From: Escherichia phage BUCT632
Length of the DNA stretch: 64,000 nt
Sequence record: PQ488502.1
Reading direction: 5' to 3' (one strand)
Every line of letters begins with the position of its first letter. Position 1 is the first letter of the stretch. The translations under genes were made by a program, and so were the position numbers. The notes under the pieces were generated by a model, which was not told where the DNA came from, did no database searches, and saw only the letters and a program-made list of their open reading frames with translations. Of this stretch, positions 1 to 10,856 are shown one piece after another.

Positions 1-2432
1 GAGCTCAAGAAAAAACTAATAGACAGATAGACCCTACCAACGTTGGTGCTGTTGCTTTAAGTTTAGCTGCTTCTGAAGAAGGCTATAATAAAGCTCTAGA
101 TATGTATAAGGAATCTCTTGATAAGCGTAATAAGCTAAAATCTGAGTTCGATAAACGAATGGAACAAGCAGATTTCTATACAAAACTAGCTATACGTCAA
201 GTTGGTGAAGGTATTCCTGTTGGTATTGCAGCAGCAGGTGCTTCGGAGGCCAATAAGCAATTTGTAGCAGAAACTGCAGCTATGGGTCTACAAGTAACTA
301 GACTTGGTAAGGAAGTAGAGGATTCTACAGAGAACCTCAATGCTTGGAAATCAGCGTATCAAGCTGCTGGAGCTGCTGCTGCAAAAGCTAATCCACAGTT
401 TCAGAAACAGATTAATCTACAGAGAGATTCTACAGATCCTGGCGCTGTATACGATTTTAACTCTACTGTATTAAAAGGACTAACTGAGCAGCAGAAAGCG
501 TACAATCAGACTAAGAAAACTGCTAGTGACTTAGCGAATGATATACAGAACGTTGCTCAGAATACAGATACTGCTGCTAAAACTAGTGCTACTTTAGCAG
601 ATGCTATAAAAAACATAGAATCTCTATCTCTAGGTACTGGTAAGAGTGCTGATGAATATGTTAAAAATCTTAACCTAGGCTACAACACTCTGTCTGAAAT
701 GAAAACTGCGTCTCAGGCCTTATCTGAGTACGTTAAACTAACTGGTAATGAGACTAAGAACCAGTTAGCAGTTCAACAGAAGATAGCTGACGTATACAAC
801 CAAACTAAAGATAAAGAAAAAGCACAGGAAGCCGGTAGGCGTTTAGAACTCCAACAGTTAGAAGAGCAAGAGGCTGCTTTACGCCGTGTTCTTCAAACAA
901 ACCAGGGAAATAAAGCTGTTGAGAAAGAGATTGAAAAAATTCAGCTGGAGAAACTTAAGCTTACCAATCAGGGTATGGAAGCTCAGAAGAAAGTTAAGGA
1001 TTATACAGATAAAATTCTGGGTGTAGACCGTGAGATAGCTCTCTTAAATAACCGTACTATGACAGATACTCAGTATCGTTTAGCACAGTTAAATCTTGAA
1101 TTGACCATTGAAAAAGAGAAGTACGAATGGTATACAAAACAAGCTGATAAACAGAAAGAGGCGGAACAGTCTAGACGTGCTCAAGCCCAAATTGAACGTG
1201 AAATCTGGAAATTCCGCCAAGATCAGATTGCTTCAATGGCTGCTGGTAGAGAGGAAGAACAGCAAAGACAATTTACCGCTAAACCATTAATGGGAAATGC
1301 GGAGCGCTTACAGGAACAGCTAAAATTATATGAAGACTTAAAGCAGAAAACATTAGGTAATGCTGCGGCACAAGCGGAATATAATAAAAAGATAGCTGAA
1401 ACTAGGGCACAACTAGCAGGTTTAAGGGCACAGAGAAATGCGGAGATGCAAGCTTCTGTTGGATCTTCTTTAGGTGCTGTGTACACTCCTACAACTGGAC
1501 TATCTGGAGAAGATAAAGATTTTGCTGATATGGGAAATAGAATGGCTTCTTATGATCAGGCAATTTCTAAACTATCTGAGTTAAATTCCGAAGCAACTGC
1601 TGTAGCTCAAAGCATGGGTAATTTAACCAATGCTATGATTCAGTTCTCTATGGGGTCTTTAGACACTACTTCCACGATCGCAGCAGGTATGCAGACTGTG
1701 GCCTCTATGATTCAATATAGTACTAGTCAACAGGTTAGTGCAATTGATCAGGCTATTGCAGCAGAGCAGAAACGTGATGGTAAATCAGAAGCATCTAAAG
1801 CTAAGTTGAAGAAACTAGAAGCTGAAAAGTTGAAGATTCAACAAGACGCAGCTAAGAAGCAGATCATCATCCAAACTGCAGTAGCTGTAATGCAAGCGGC
1901 GACAGCTGTACCGTACCCGTTCTCTATTCCTTTGATGGTGGCGGCAGGTTTGGCAGGTGCCTTAGCTCTTGCTCAAGCATCTTCTGCATCTGGTATGTCA
2001 AGTATTGCAGATTCTGGAGCGGATACAACTAGTTACCTAACCTTAGGAGAACGTCAGAAGAATATAGATGTGTCCATGTCTGCTAATGCAGGTGAACTGT
2101 CTTATATTCGTGGCGATCAAGGTATAGGTAGCGCTAACTCTTTCGTTCCTCGTGCTGAGGGTGGTAATATGTACCCTGGGGTTAGCTATCAAATGGGTGA
2201 GCATGGTACAGAAGTAGTTACCCCTATGGTTCCTATGAAAGCTACACCTAATGATGAGCTAAAAACTTCATCTAACTCAACTTCAGGAAGACCTATCATC
2301 TTGAATATTAGTGCTATGGATGCTGCAAGTTTTAGAGAGTTTGCTTCTAGTAATAGTAGTGCTCTAAGAGACGCAGTAGAATTAGCTCTGAATGAGAACG
2401 GTGCTAGTCTGAAAACATTAGGAAATTCTTAA
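1..2432 (+). CDS. Tail tape measure protein (pb2-like), C-terminal part; 5' end lies outside the window
   Basis: Frame is open from base 3; long coiled-coil-like sequence, a hydrophobic membrane segment (AVAVMQAATAVPYPFSIPLMVAAGLAGALALA) and a C-terminal domain; position directly upstream of Dit and hub genes. Confidence 0.8.
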   Translation, partial: AQEKTNRQIDPTNVGAVALSLAASEEGYNKALDMYKESLDKRNKLKSEFDKRMEQADFYTKLAIRQVGEGIPVGIAAAGASEANKQFVAETAAMGLQVTRLGKEVEDSTENLNAWKSAYQAAGAAAAKANPQFQKQINLQRDSTDPGAVYDFNSTVLKGLTEQQKAYNQTKKTASDLANDIQNVAQNTDTAAKTSATLADAIKNIESLSLGTGKSADEYVKNLNLGYNTLSEMKTASQALSEYVKLTGNETKNQLAVQQKIADVYNQTKDKEKAQEAGRRLELQQLEEQEAALRRVLQTNQGNKAVEKEIEKIQLEKLKLTNQGMEAQKKVKDYTDKILGVDREIALLNNRTMTDTQYRLAQLNLELTIEKEKYEWYTKQADKQKEAEQSRRAQAQIEREIWKFRQDQIASMAAGREEEQQRQFTAKPLMGNAERLQEQLKLYEDLKQKTLGNAAAQAEYNKKIAETRAQLAGLRAQRNAEMQASVGSSLGAVYTPTTGLSGEDKDFADMGNRMASYDQAISKLSELNSEATAVAQSMGNLTNAMIQFSMGSLDTTSTIAAGMQTVASMIQYSTSQQVSAIDQAIAAEQKRDGKSEASKAKLKKLEAEKLKIQQDAAKKQIIIQTAVAVMQAATAVPYPFSIPLMVAAGLAGALALAQASSASGMSSIADSGADTTSYLTLGERQKNIDVSMSANAGELSYIRGDQGIGSANSFVPRAEGGNMYPGVSYQMGEHGTEVVTPMVPMKATPNDELKTSSNSTSGRPIILNISAMDAASFREFASSNSSALRDAVELALNENGASLKTLGNS

Positions 2433-2436
2433 AACT

Positions 2437-2467
2437 GGAGGAGGACTTTGAGTCCTCCTTTTCTTTA
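2437..2467 (+). terminator. Rho-independent terminator-like hairpin after the tape measure gene
   Basis: AGGAGGACT-TTG-AGTCCTCC stem-loop followed by TTTTCTTTA. Confidence 0.6.
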
Positions 2468-2485
2468 TGGAAAAATAAAAATTTC

Positions 2486-2514
2486 TTGATAAAATTTTCT
2501 AATACTATTATAAT
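2486..2514 (+). promoter_or_regulatory. Sigma70-like promoter (TTGATA-N17-TATAAT)
   Basis: -35 at 2486-2491, 17-nt spacer, -10 at 2509-2514. Confidence 0.5.
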
Positions 2515-2522
2515 ATTGTTGA

Positions 2523-3131
2523 TTACCAGACCCATACACGAATCCAGAACTTTCAGGCTTAGGATTCGAAAGTGTTAACCTGATTGATAATGACCCAGTA
2601 ATTCGTGATGAGTTACCAAATGGTAAAGTTAACGAAGTTAAGGTATCTGCTCAATACTGGGGTATAAATATTTCTTATCCAGAATTATTTCCAGATGAAT
2701 ATAGTGTTCTAGATGCTTTTATTCTAGAATACAAAAGGACTGGTAGTTATATAGATGTTATATTGCCCCAATACGAAGCTTTTAGGGTTAGAGGTAATAC
2801 TAGTCTAGTAAATATACCTGCTGGACAGAAAGGTTCTAATATAACTATGGATACAAAAGGACTTCTTATCGGTACTCCAAAACCGGGGGATCTATTTAAG
2901 CTATCTAACCATCCAAAAGTATATAAAATAACATCATTCAATAAATCAGGCAATACGTGGTCTATAAACTTATATCCTGATTTATTTATAACTACTACTG
3001 GGGCTGAGAAACCCGTATTTAACGGAATACTATTTAGAACAAAACTCATGAATGGTGATGCTTTCGGATCTACATTAAATAATAACGGAACATATTCCGG
3101 CATCTCATTAAATTTACGGGAAAGTTTATGA
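2523..3131 (+). CDS. Distal tail protein (Dit, pb9-like)
   Basis: Open frame begins at 2523 right after an in-frame TGA; no ATG/GTG/TTG until the TTG at 2763 used by the ORF track, but the upstream 80 codons are protein-like; the stop overlaps the hub gene start (ATGA). Confidence 0.6.
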   Translation, partial: LPDPYTNPELSGLGFESVNLIDNDPVIRDELPNGKVNEVKVSAQYWGINISYPELFPDEYSVLDAFILEYKRTGSYIDVILPQYEAFRVRGNTSLVNIPAGQKGSNITMDTKGLLIGTPKPGDLFKLSNHPKVYKITSFNKSGNTWSINLYPDLFITTTGAEKPVFNGILFRTKLMNGDAFGSTLNNNGTYSGISLNLRESL

Positions 3132-5977
3132 AGAAAATACTAGATAGTGCTAGAAACTACTTAAAAAATAATAGCAGAATAAAAACTGCTAGTCTAATTT
3201 CCCTAGAATTACCTGGCTCTACTGGTACTAGTACTGCTTTTATTTATTTAACTGATTATTTTAGAGATGTACTATATAATGGTATTTTGTACCAGGCCGG
3301 TAAGGTTAAGTCCATTAGCACACATAAACAAAATAGAGATTTATCTATTGGCAGTCTATCTTTTACTATTACAGGTACAGCGCAGGATGAAGTACTTAAA
3401 TTAGTGCAGAATGGTGTGTCCTTTTTAGATAGAATAGTATCAATCCACCAAGCAATTATTACAGAGGATGGTTCTATTTTACCGGTAGACCCAGACACAA
3501 ATGGCCCTTTATTATATTTTAGAGGGAGAATTACCGGTGGGGGTATTAAGGACAACATTAGTACTTCTGGGGTTGGAACCTCCACAATTACTTGGAATTG
3601 TTCTAACCAATTCTATGATTTTGATAGGGTTAATGGTAGATTTACTGACGATGCTTCTCATAGAGGGCTTGAGGTTGTAGCAGGGCAATTAGTTCCATCT
3701 AACGGGGCTAAAAGACTTGAGTACCAAGAAGATTATGGGTTCTTTCACGCCAATAAAAGTATCTCTATTCTAGCAAAATATCAGGTACAGGAAGAAAGAT
3801 ACAAGCTAAAGTCTAAGAAAAAACTATTTGGTTTATCTAGAAGCTATAGTCTTAAAAAGTATTATGAGACTGTTACTAAAGAAGTAGATATAGATTTTAA
3901 CCTTGCTGCTAAGTATATACCAGTAGTTTATGGTGTACAGAAAATACCGGGAATACCTATTTTTGCGGATACAGAATTACACAATCCTAATATAGTTTAT
4001 GTAGTATATGCTTTTGCTGAAGGAGAGATAGACGGTTTTCTTGACTTTTCCTTCGGGGATAACCCTATGATTTGTATGGACTCTAATGATAGCTCTGCTA
4101 GAACCTGTTTCGGTGTTAAAAAAGTAGCCGGAGACACCATGCAAAGAATAGCATCAGGAGTATCTTCTAGTAGTCCTTCTGTGCATGGTCAGGAATATAA
4201 GTATAATGATGGTAATGGTGATATAAGGATTTGGACTTATCATGGAAAAGCAGATCAAACGGCTTCTGAAGTATTAGTAAATATAGCGAAGGAACGTGGA
4301 TTCTATCTTCAAAATATGAACGGTAATGGGCCTGAGTACTGGGATGCTAGATATAAACTATTAGATACTGCATACGCGGTAGTACGCTTTACTATTAATG
4401 AAAATAGAACTGAGATCCCCGAAGTTAGTGCTGAGATTCAGGGTAAGAAGATAAAAATCTATCATTCTGATGGTAGAGTAACTGCTAATAGCACTAGTTT
4501 AAATGGTATCTGGCAAACACTTGATTACTTAACTTCAGATAGATACGGAGCTAACATTACTATTGATCAGTTCCCTCTTCAACAATTGATACAGGAAGCT
4601 GCTATCCTAGATATTATAGATGAATCTTACCAAGTATCCTGGCAGCCATACTGGAGATACGTTGGGTGGACTGATCCATTAGCAGAAAATAGACAAATAG
4701 TACAAATGAATACTATTCTAGATACATCTGAATCAGTATTTAAAAACGTGCAAGGTTTGTTAGAGTCCTACGGTGGGGCTATTAACAACTTATCTGGTCA
4801 ATATAGGATTACTGTAGAAAAATATTCTAATACTCCATTAGAGATTAATTTTCTAGATACTTATGGAGACTTGGAACTATCAGATACTACTGGTAGAAAC
4901 AAATTCAACTCAGTTCAAGCATCTATTGTAGACCCAGCTCTTAGCTGGAAGACTAACTCTATTACCTTTTACAACTCTAAATATAAAGAGCAAGATAAAA
5001 ATCTAGACAAAAAATTACAGTTATCTTTTGCAAATATAACTAACTACTATACTGCTAGAAGTTTTGCAGACAGAGAGCTTAAAAAATCTAGGTATTCTAG
5101 AACCCTCTCATTTTCTTTACCTTATCAATTCATTGGTATTGAGCCTAATGATGCTATTGCATTTACATACGACCGTTATGGATGGGATAAGAAATACTTT
5201 TTAGTAGATGAAGTAGAAAACTCTAGAGAAGGAAAGATAAATGTCACCCTACAGGAGTATGGAGAAGATGTATTTATCAACTCTGATCAAGTAGATAATA
5301 GTGGTAATGATATACCAGATATTAGTAACAATGTTCTTCCTCCTAGAGATTTTAAATATACTCCTACACCTGGTGGTTTAGTTGGTTCTATAGGAAAAAA
5401 TGGTGAGTTATCTTGGCTTCCAAGTTTAACTAATAACGTAGTTTATTACTCTATCGTGCATTCCGGTCATGCTGAGCCTTATATTGTGCAGCAACTAGAA
5501 ACAAATCCCAATGAACGCATGATCCAAGAGATAATTGGAGAGCCTGCAGGTTTAGCAATATTTGAAATAAGGGCTGTGGATATAAACGGTAGAAGAAGTT
5601 CTCCAGTAACATTATCTATAGAACTTAACTCTGCTAAAAACCTAAGCGTAGTATCTAATTTTAGAGTAACTAATACGGCCTCTGGGGATGTAACTGAGTT
5701 TGTCGGCCCAGATGTAAAACTAGCTTGGGATAGGATACCGGAAGAAGATATAATAGAAAGTATATTCTATACTCTGGAGATCTATGATTCTCAGAATAGA
5801 ATGCTAAGAAGTGTACGCATTGAAAATCAGTATACTTATGACTATTTATTAACGTATAATAAGGCAGATTTTGCTCTTCATAACAGTGGTGCTCTAGGGA
5901 TCAATAGAAAACTATATTTTCGTATTAGAGCAGAAGGAGATGATGGAGAACAGTCTGTGGAGTGGGCATCCATTTAA
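3128..5977 (+). CDS. Baseplate hub / tail tip protein (pb3-like), 949 aa
   Basis: 949-aa ORF matching the T5 pb3 size; position between Dit and the central fibre gene. Confidence 0.8.
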   Translation: MKKILDSARNYLKNNSRIKTASLISLELPGSTGTSTAFIYLTDYFRDVLYNGILYQAGKVKSISTHKQNRDLSIGSLSFTITGTAQDEVLKLVQNGVSFLDRIVSIHQAIITEDGSILPVDPDTNGPLLYFRGRITGGGIKDNISTSGVGTSTITWNCSNQFYDFDRVNGRFTDDASHRGLEVVAGQLVPSNGAKRLEYQEDYGFFHANKSISILAKYQVQEERYKLKSKKKLFGLSRSYSLKKYYETVTKEVDIDFNLAAKYIPVVYGVQKIPGIPIFADTELHNPNIVYVVYAFAEGEIDGFLDFSFGDNPMICMDSNDSSARTCFGVKKVAGDTMQRIASGVSSSSPSVHGQEYKYNDGNGDIRIWTYHGKADQTASEVLVNIAKERGFYLQNMNGNGPEYWDARYKLLDTAYAVVRFTINENRTEIPEVSAEIQGKKIKIYHSDGRVTANSTSLNGIWQTLDYLTSDRYGANITIDQFPLQQLIQEAAILDIIDESYQVSWQPYWRYVGWTDPLAENRQIVQMNTILDTSESVFKNVQGLLESYGGAINNLSGQYRITVEKYSNTPLEINFLDTYGDLELSDTTGRNKFNSVQASIVDPALSWKTNSITFYNSKYKEQDKNLDKKLQLSFANITNYYTARSFADRELKKSRYSRTLSFSLPYQFIGIEPNDAIAFTYDRYGWDKKYFLVDEVENSREGKINVTLQEYGEDVFINSDQVDNSGNDIPDISNNVLPPRDFKYTPTPGGLVGSIGKNGELSWLPSLTNNVVYYSIVHSGHAEPYIVQQLETNPNERMIQEIIGEPAGLAIFEIRAVDINGRRSSPVTLSIELNSAKNLSVVSNFRVTNTASGDVTEFVGPDVKLAWDRIPEEDIIESIFYTLEIYDSQNRMLRSVRIENQYTYDYLLTYNKADFALHNSGALGINRKLYFRIRAEGDDGEQSVEWASI

Positions 5978-8034
5978 TGATTTCGAATAATGCACCAGCC
6001 AAAATGGTCTTAAATAGTATAATGACTGGATATACAATGGCGTATGTCCAGCACTCTATATATACTGACTATGACGTTATTGGTAGATCTTTTTGGCTAA
6101 AGACAGGAGAAAGTATAGATAGACGTGATTACACCGGTATAGATACTTTCTTCGTAATGATTAATAATCTAACCCCCTCTACCTCCTATGAGATTCAGGG
6201 GGCTTTCTATGACTCAATTATTGACTCAGAGTTATTGGAAGCTAAGATTGGTATAAACTTATCTAATAAAACCACTTTTAGTACCAAGAGAAAACCCACT
6301 ATTACCTCCGCTAGATCAGAAGCTGATCCAGTAGACGTGGGTGTCGGAGCTCCTATAGTAGTTATAGAAACTACAGGAGAAGCCAGTTATTGTACTATTG
6401 AGTTAAAAAGTACTCAACCTTCAAATAGTCCATGGATAAAATATTATGTAGGTCCATTATCTCCCATTATTAGATTTGGTGGCGTACCTATTGGAGATTA
6501 TAAAGTACGCATATCTGGACAAGTTACTATGCCTGATGGTGTAACGGTAGACTCTTCTGGATATTTTGAATTTTCCAAAGTTCTTACTGTAGAGTATAAC
6601 TTTGTGCCACCTACTGCTCCTAGTAATATTACCTTCAAAGCTGCAAGAATTGCTGATGGTAAAGAACGCTACGACCTACGTGTACAATGGGACTGGGATA
6701 GAGGAGCTGGAGCAAATGTTCGAGAGTTTGTTGTTTCTTACATAGATTCAGCAGAATTTAAAAAGACTGGGTGGACTAAAGCTCAAAAAATCAACGTTGG
6801 AGCTGCACAGGCGGCAACTATTATATCCTTTCCGTGGAAAATTGAGCATAAGTTTAAGGTCTCTTCAATAGCCTGGGGTCCGGATGCCCAAGACGTAACA
6901 GATTCCGCAGTACAGACTTTTATACTGAATGAGGATACTCCTCTTGACAATAGTTTTGTTAATGAAACTGGTATTGAAGTAAACTATGCGTACATTAAGG
7001 GTAAGATTAAAGATGGTTCTACCTGGAAACAAACATTTTTAATCGATGCTGCTACCGGTGCTATTAACATAGGTCTTCTAGATGCAGAAGGAAAAGCACC
7101 AATATCTTTCGATCCTGTTAAGAAGATAATTAACGTTGATGGTAGTGTAATCACTAAAACTATAAACGCGGCTAACTTTGTAATGACTAACCTGACCGGT
7201 CAAGATAACCCGGCAATTTATACTCAAGGTAAAACTTGGGGTGATACAAAATCTGGTATCTGGATGGGAATGGATAATACTTCCGCTAAACCAAAGTTAG
7301 ATATAGGTAATGCTACTCAGTGGATACGCTATGATGGTACTACACTTCGTATTTCTAGTGGTGTTGTTATAGGAACTCCTAATGGTGACGTGGATCTTGG
7401 TACAGGTATGCAAGGTAAGCAAACGGTATTTGTTTACAAACTCGGTAAAAGCTTGCCTGCTAAACCTCTAGAACAAGATTACCCACCTCCTGGATGGTCT
7501 AAAACACCACCAAATCGTACTGATATGACCCAAAATATCTATGCTACTACTGGTACTCTAGATCCTGTTACTAATAAGTTATTAGAGGGTACTAGCTGGG
7601 CAGATGTGGTTCAATGGAGCGGTACTGAAGGTACTATAGGGCATGATGGACAACGTGGTCCTGGGATGTATTCCGTAGGTATAGCAGGTTTAGGTGGTTG
7701 GGATGATGGACAAGCTAATTCCTTCTTTCAAAGTAACTTCGGTTCCCCCCCAGTTAAATATGATGTATTAACTGAATTTAATAGTAATGCCCCCCAATCA
7801 GCATTTACAAGGCAATGGAATGGGTCTGGTTGGGTTAACCCTGCAATGGTTCTCCATGGAAACATGATTGTTAATGGGACGGTGACGGCAGATAAAATTG
7901 TAGCAGGAAATGCTTTCTTATCTCAGATCGGTGTTAACATCATTTATGATAGGAATGCTGCATTATCGGGAAACCCTGAGGCATACTACAAGATGAAGAT
8001 AGACCTAAATAGTGGGTATATCCATATAAGGTAA
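5977..8034 (+). CDS. Central straight fibre protein (pb4-like)
   Basis: About 685 aa; ATG at 5977 overlaps the pb3 stop (TAATG); Gly/Thr-rich beta-type sequence. Confidence 0.7.
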   Translation: MISNNAPAKMVLNSIMTGYTMAYVQHSIYTDYDVIGRSFWLKTGESIDRRDYTGIDTFFVMINNLTPSTSYEIQGAFYDSIIDSELLEAKIGINLSNKTTFSTKRKPTITSARSEADPVDVGVGAPIVVIETTGEASYCTIELKSTQPSNSPWIKYYVGPLSPIIRFGGVPIGDYKVRISGQVTMPDGVTVDSSGYFEFSKVLTVEYNFVPPTAPSNITFKAARIADGKERYDLRVQWDWDRGAGANVREFVVSYIDSAEFKKTGWTKAQKINVGAAQAATIISFPWKIEHKFKVSSIAWGPDAQDVTDSAVQTFILNEDTPLDNSFVNETGIEVNYAYIKGKIKDGSTWKQTFLIDAATGAINIGLLDAEGKAPISFDPVKKIINVDGSVITKTINAANFVMTNLTGQDNPAIYTQGKTWGDTKSGIWMGMDNTSAKPKLDIGNATQWIRYDGTTLRISSGVVIGTPNGDVDLGTGMQGKQTVFVYKLGKSLPAKPLEQDYPPPGWSKTPPNRTDMTQNIYATTGTLDPVTNKLLEGTSWADVVQWSGTEGTIGHDGQRGPGMYSVGIAGLGGWDDGQANSFFQSNFGSPPVKYDVLTEFNSNAPQSAFTRQWNGSGWVNPAMVLHGNMIVNGTVTADKIVAGNAFLSQIGVNIIYDRNAALSGNPEAYYKMKIDLNSGYIHIR

Positions 8035-8040
8035 TAAATA

Positions 8041-8463
8041 ATGAGTACTGAAAATAGAGTTATAGACTTAGTGATAGATGAGAAAGTACCTTATGGTCTA
8101 ATGATGCAATTCTTAGATGTTGATGATAGTACTTATCCGCATACAAATACCCCTGTTAACTTAACAGGGTATTCTCTAAGAGGTACTATAAAGACCAGTC
8201 TTGATGAGAATGCGGAAACTTTGGCATCTTTTACTACTAAAATTATTGATGCTGCTCAAGGTGCTATAGCCATAAGTTTGCCCGTAGAGGCGGTAGAGAA
8301 TATTGGTGCCAAAGCCACCAAAGAAAGAGATAAATATAATCCTCGCCAACGTTTTGCAGGATACTATGACATAATTATGACACGAGATGTCATAGGATCA
8401 GCTATTAGCTCCTTTCGTATAATGGAGGGTAAAGTATTTATCAGTGATGGGGTAACTAAATAA
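8041..8463 (+). CDS. Collar protein (p132-like), 140 aa
   Basis: 140-aa ORF immediately upstream of the tail fibre gene, same size as T5 p132. Confidence 0.65.
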   Translation: MSTENRVIDLVIDEKVPYGLMMQFLDVDDSTYPHTNTPVNLTGYSLRGTIKTSLDENAETLASFTTKIIDAAQGAIAISLPVEAVENIGAKATKERDKYNPRQRFAGYYDIIMTRDVIGSAISSFRIMEGKVFISDGVTK

Positions 8464-10856
8464 TGGCAGTAACTACTAAAATTATTGTGCAACAAATACT
8501 GAATATAGATGATACGAAAGCTACTGCTAGTAAATTTCCTAGATACACCGTAATTCTTGGAAATTCTATTAGTTCTATTACTGCTAGTGAGTTAGTATCT
8601 TCTATAGAAGCCGCTGCTAAATCTGCTGCAGCGGCTAAAGATTCTGAAATAGCAGCTAAGACTTCAGAGCTTAATGCTAAGAACTCTGAACAGGAAGCTG
8701 CTATTTCTGCTGGAGCTTCTGAAGCTTCTGCTACTCAGTCTGCTACCTCTGCTACTCAGTCTGTCACTTCTGCTACTAAATCCGCAGAATCAGCTGCAGC
8801 TGCAAAAACCTCTGAAACCAATGCTAAGTCTAGTGAAACAAAAGCTAAAACTAGCGAAACTAACGCAAAAACTAGTGAAACAAAAGCTAAAACTAGCGAA
8901 ACTAATGCAAAAGCTAGTGAGGATAATGCAAAGGTCAGTGAGACTAATGCTGCCGCTTCTGCTGCAGCGGCAAAACTTAGTGAGGATAATGCAAAGGTCA
9001 GTGAGACTAATGCTGCCGCTTCTGCTGCGGATTCCAGTGGTTTTAGGAATGAGGCGGAAACATTCTCTACACAAGCTGCTACATCAGCTTCTGCTGCAAA
9101 AACCTCCGAAACAAAGGCTAAAACTAGCGAAACTAATGCAAAAGCTAGTGAGACTAAAGCCAAAGCTAGTGAGACTAACGCAGCTAGTTCCGCAACTTCA
9201 GCTAGTCAGTCAGTAACTACTATCCAAGGCTTAAAATCAGATGTTGAGCAACTAAAATCAGATACTCAGGCCATTAAAAACAGTGCTGTAACAGAGACAA
9301 CAGCTATAAAGGCAGATGTTGCGCAGTTAAAAACAGACACACAAGGCATTAAGAATAGCGCGATAACAGAAACTACCACGCTAAAAAACCAAGCTGCTAA
9401 TTCTGCAACTAGTGCTGCTAATTCTGCTACTGAAGCAGGAAAACAAGCTACTAGTGCTGCCAATAGTGCTAAGACTGCTAAGACTGAGGCCGACCGCTCA
9501 AAAACTGAGGCTGATAGATCAGAAGCTGCTGCTAATTCTACCCCCGACATTCAACCTCTTCCAGATGTATGGATACCGTTTAATGATTCTCTAGATATGA
9601 TTACAGGATTTTCACCTTCATATAAAAAGATTGTTATTGGTGACGATGAAATCACGATGCCTGGAGACAAGATTGTTAAATTTAAGCGAGCTTCAACTGC
9701 GACATATATTAATAAGTCTGGGGTGCTTACTAATGCTGCTATTGATGAACCTAGATTTGAAAAGGATGGTCTGCTCATTGAGGGGCAAAGAACAAACCTT
9801 CTTATAAATAGCACCAATCCTTCAAAATGGAACAAGTCATCAAATATGATCTTAGATAGATCAGGTGTAGATGATTTCGGATTCCAGTACGCAAAATTTA
9901 CATTAAAACCAGAAATGGTAGGGCAAACTTCAGCGATTAACATAGTAACCGTTTCCGGCAGTAGAGGTTTTGATGTAACAGGAAATGAAAAGTATGTAAC
10001 CATATCATGCAGGGCGCAAAGTGGGACTCCAAATTTAAGATGCCGATTACGATTTGAAAACTACGATGGATCTGCTTATACATTTTTGGGTGATGCTTAC
10101 GTAAATCTGACAGATTTATCAATTGAAAAAACTGGCGGCGCTGCAAATCGTATTACTGCAAGGGCTGTTAAAGATGAAGCAAGCAAATGGATTTTCTTTG
10201 AGGCAACAATTAAAGCGCTTGATACAGAAAATATGATCGGTGCAATGGTGCAGTATGCACCAGCAAAAGAGGGAGGGGGCACTGGTGCAGATGATTATAT
10301 TTATATTGCTACCCCTCAAGTTGAAGGCGGGGTGTGCGCTTCATCGTTTATTATTACAGAAGCGACTCCAGTAACACGGGCAAGCGATATGGTCACATTG
10401 CCAATAAAAAACAACCTTTACAATTTGCCATTTACAGTACTTGTGGAAGCTCATAAAAACTGGAGTATAACGCCAAATGCAGCGCCACGTGTTTTTGATA
10501 CCAGCGGTCATCAAACCGGAGCGGCTATTATTCTTGCTTTCGGATCTGCCGAAGGCGATAATGATGGATTCCCTTATTGCGATATAGGTAAATCAAACAG
10601 AAGGGTTTACGAAAATGCAAAACTAAAAAAGATGATCATGGGAATGAGAGTAAAGAGTGATTACAATAATTGCTGTGTAAGTAATGCCAGAATATCAAGC
10701 GAAACAAAAACGGAATGGAGATACATACAATCAACGGCTATTATAAGGATTGGAGGACAAACAAATACTGGAGAACGACATTTATTTGGCCATATCCGAA
10801 ACTTTAGAATCTGGCATAAGGAACTAACTGATAGACAAATGAAGGAGTATGTATGA
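8463..10856 (+). CDS. L-shaped tail fibre protein, proximal part (pb1-like N-terminus with a divergent C-terminal domain)
   Basis: N-terminus with Ser/Ala/Thr/Glu/Asn/Lys heptad-like repeats (TSETNAK/TSETKAK); C-terminal 400 aa globular; no C-terminal chaperone domain. Confidence 0.7.
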   Translation: MAVTTKIIVQQILNIDDTKATASKFPRYTVILGNSISSITASELVSSIEAAAKSAAAAKDSEIAAKTSELNAKNSEQEAAISAGASEASATQSATSATQSVTSATKSAESAAAAKTSETNAKSSETKAKTSETNAKTSETKAKTSETNAKASEDNAKVSETNAAASAAAAKLSEDNAKVSETNAAASAADSSGFRNEAETFSTQAATSASAAKTSETKAKTSETNAKASETKAKASETNAASSATSASQSVTTIQGLKSDVEQLKSDTQAIKNSAVTETTAIKADVAQLKTDTQGIKNSAITETTTLKNQAANSATSAANSATEAGKQATSAANSAKTAKTEADRSKTEADRSEAAANSTPDIQPLPDVWIPFNDSLDMITGFSPSYKKIVIGDDEITMPGDKIVKFKRASTATYINKSGVLTNAAIDEPRFEKDGLLIEGQRTNLLINSTNPSKWNKSSNMILDRSGVDDFGFQYAKFTLKPEMVGQTSAINIVTVSGSRGFDVTGNEKYVTISCRAQSGTPNLRCRLRFENYDGSAYTFLGDAYVNLTDLSIEKTGGAANRITARAVKDEASKWIFFEATIKALDTENMIGAMVQYAPAKEGGGTGADDYIYIATPQVEGGVCASSFIITEATPVTRASDMVTLPIKNNLYNLPFTVLVEAHKNWSITPNAAPRVFDTSGHQTGAAIILAFGSAEGDNDGFPYCDIGKSNRRVYENAKLKKMIMGMRVKSDYNNCCVSNARISSETKTEWRYIQSTAIIRIGGQTNTGERHLFGHIRNFRIWHKELTDRQMKEYV
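8916..9028 (+). repeat. Tandem direct duplication (two 50-bp copies, 63-bp period) inside the fibre rod region
   Basis: AGTGAGGATAATGCAAAGGTCAGTGAGACTAATGCTGCCGCTTCTGCTGC at 8916-8965 and again at 8979-9028. Confidence 0.85.

Noticed and set aside
1108-1486. ORFs 1108..1290 (+) and 1223..1486 (-) inside the tape measure gene
   Set aside because: Entirely nested within or antisense to a long, clearly coding gene; low-complexity translations; no RBS
8800-9200. Possible CRISPR-like array suggested by short repeated units
   Set aside because: Repeats are in-frame codon repeats (TSETNAK heptads) inside a coding gene, with no spacer-repeat architecture and no cas genes
8674-10319. Cluster of overlapping ORFs on both strands inside the tail fibre gene (8674..9216, 8756..9163, 8790..9074, 9266..9550, 9551..10003 and others)
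   Set aside because: Artefacts of the repetitive, GC-balanced, stop-poor fibre rod sequence; translations are low-complexity Leu/Ser/Ala strings
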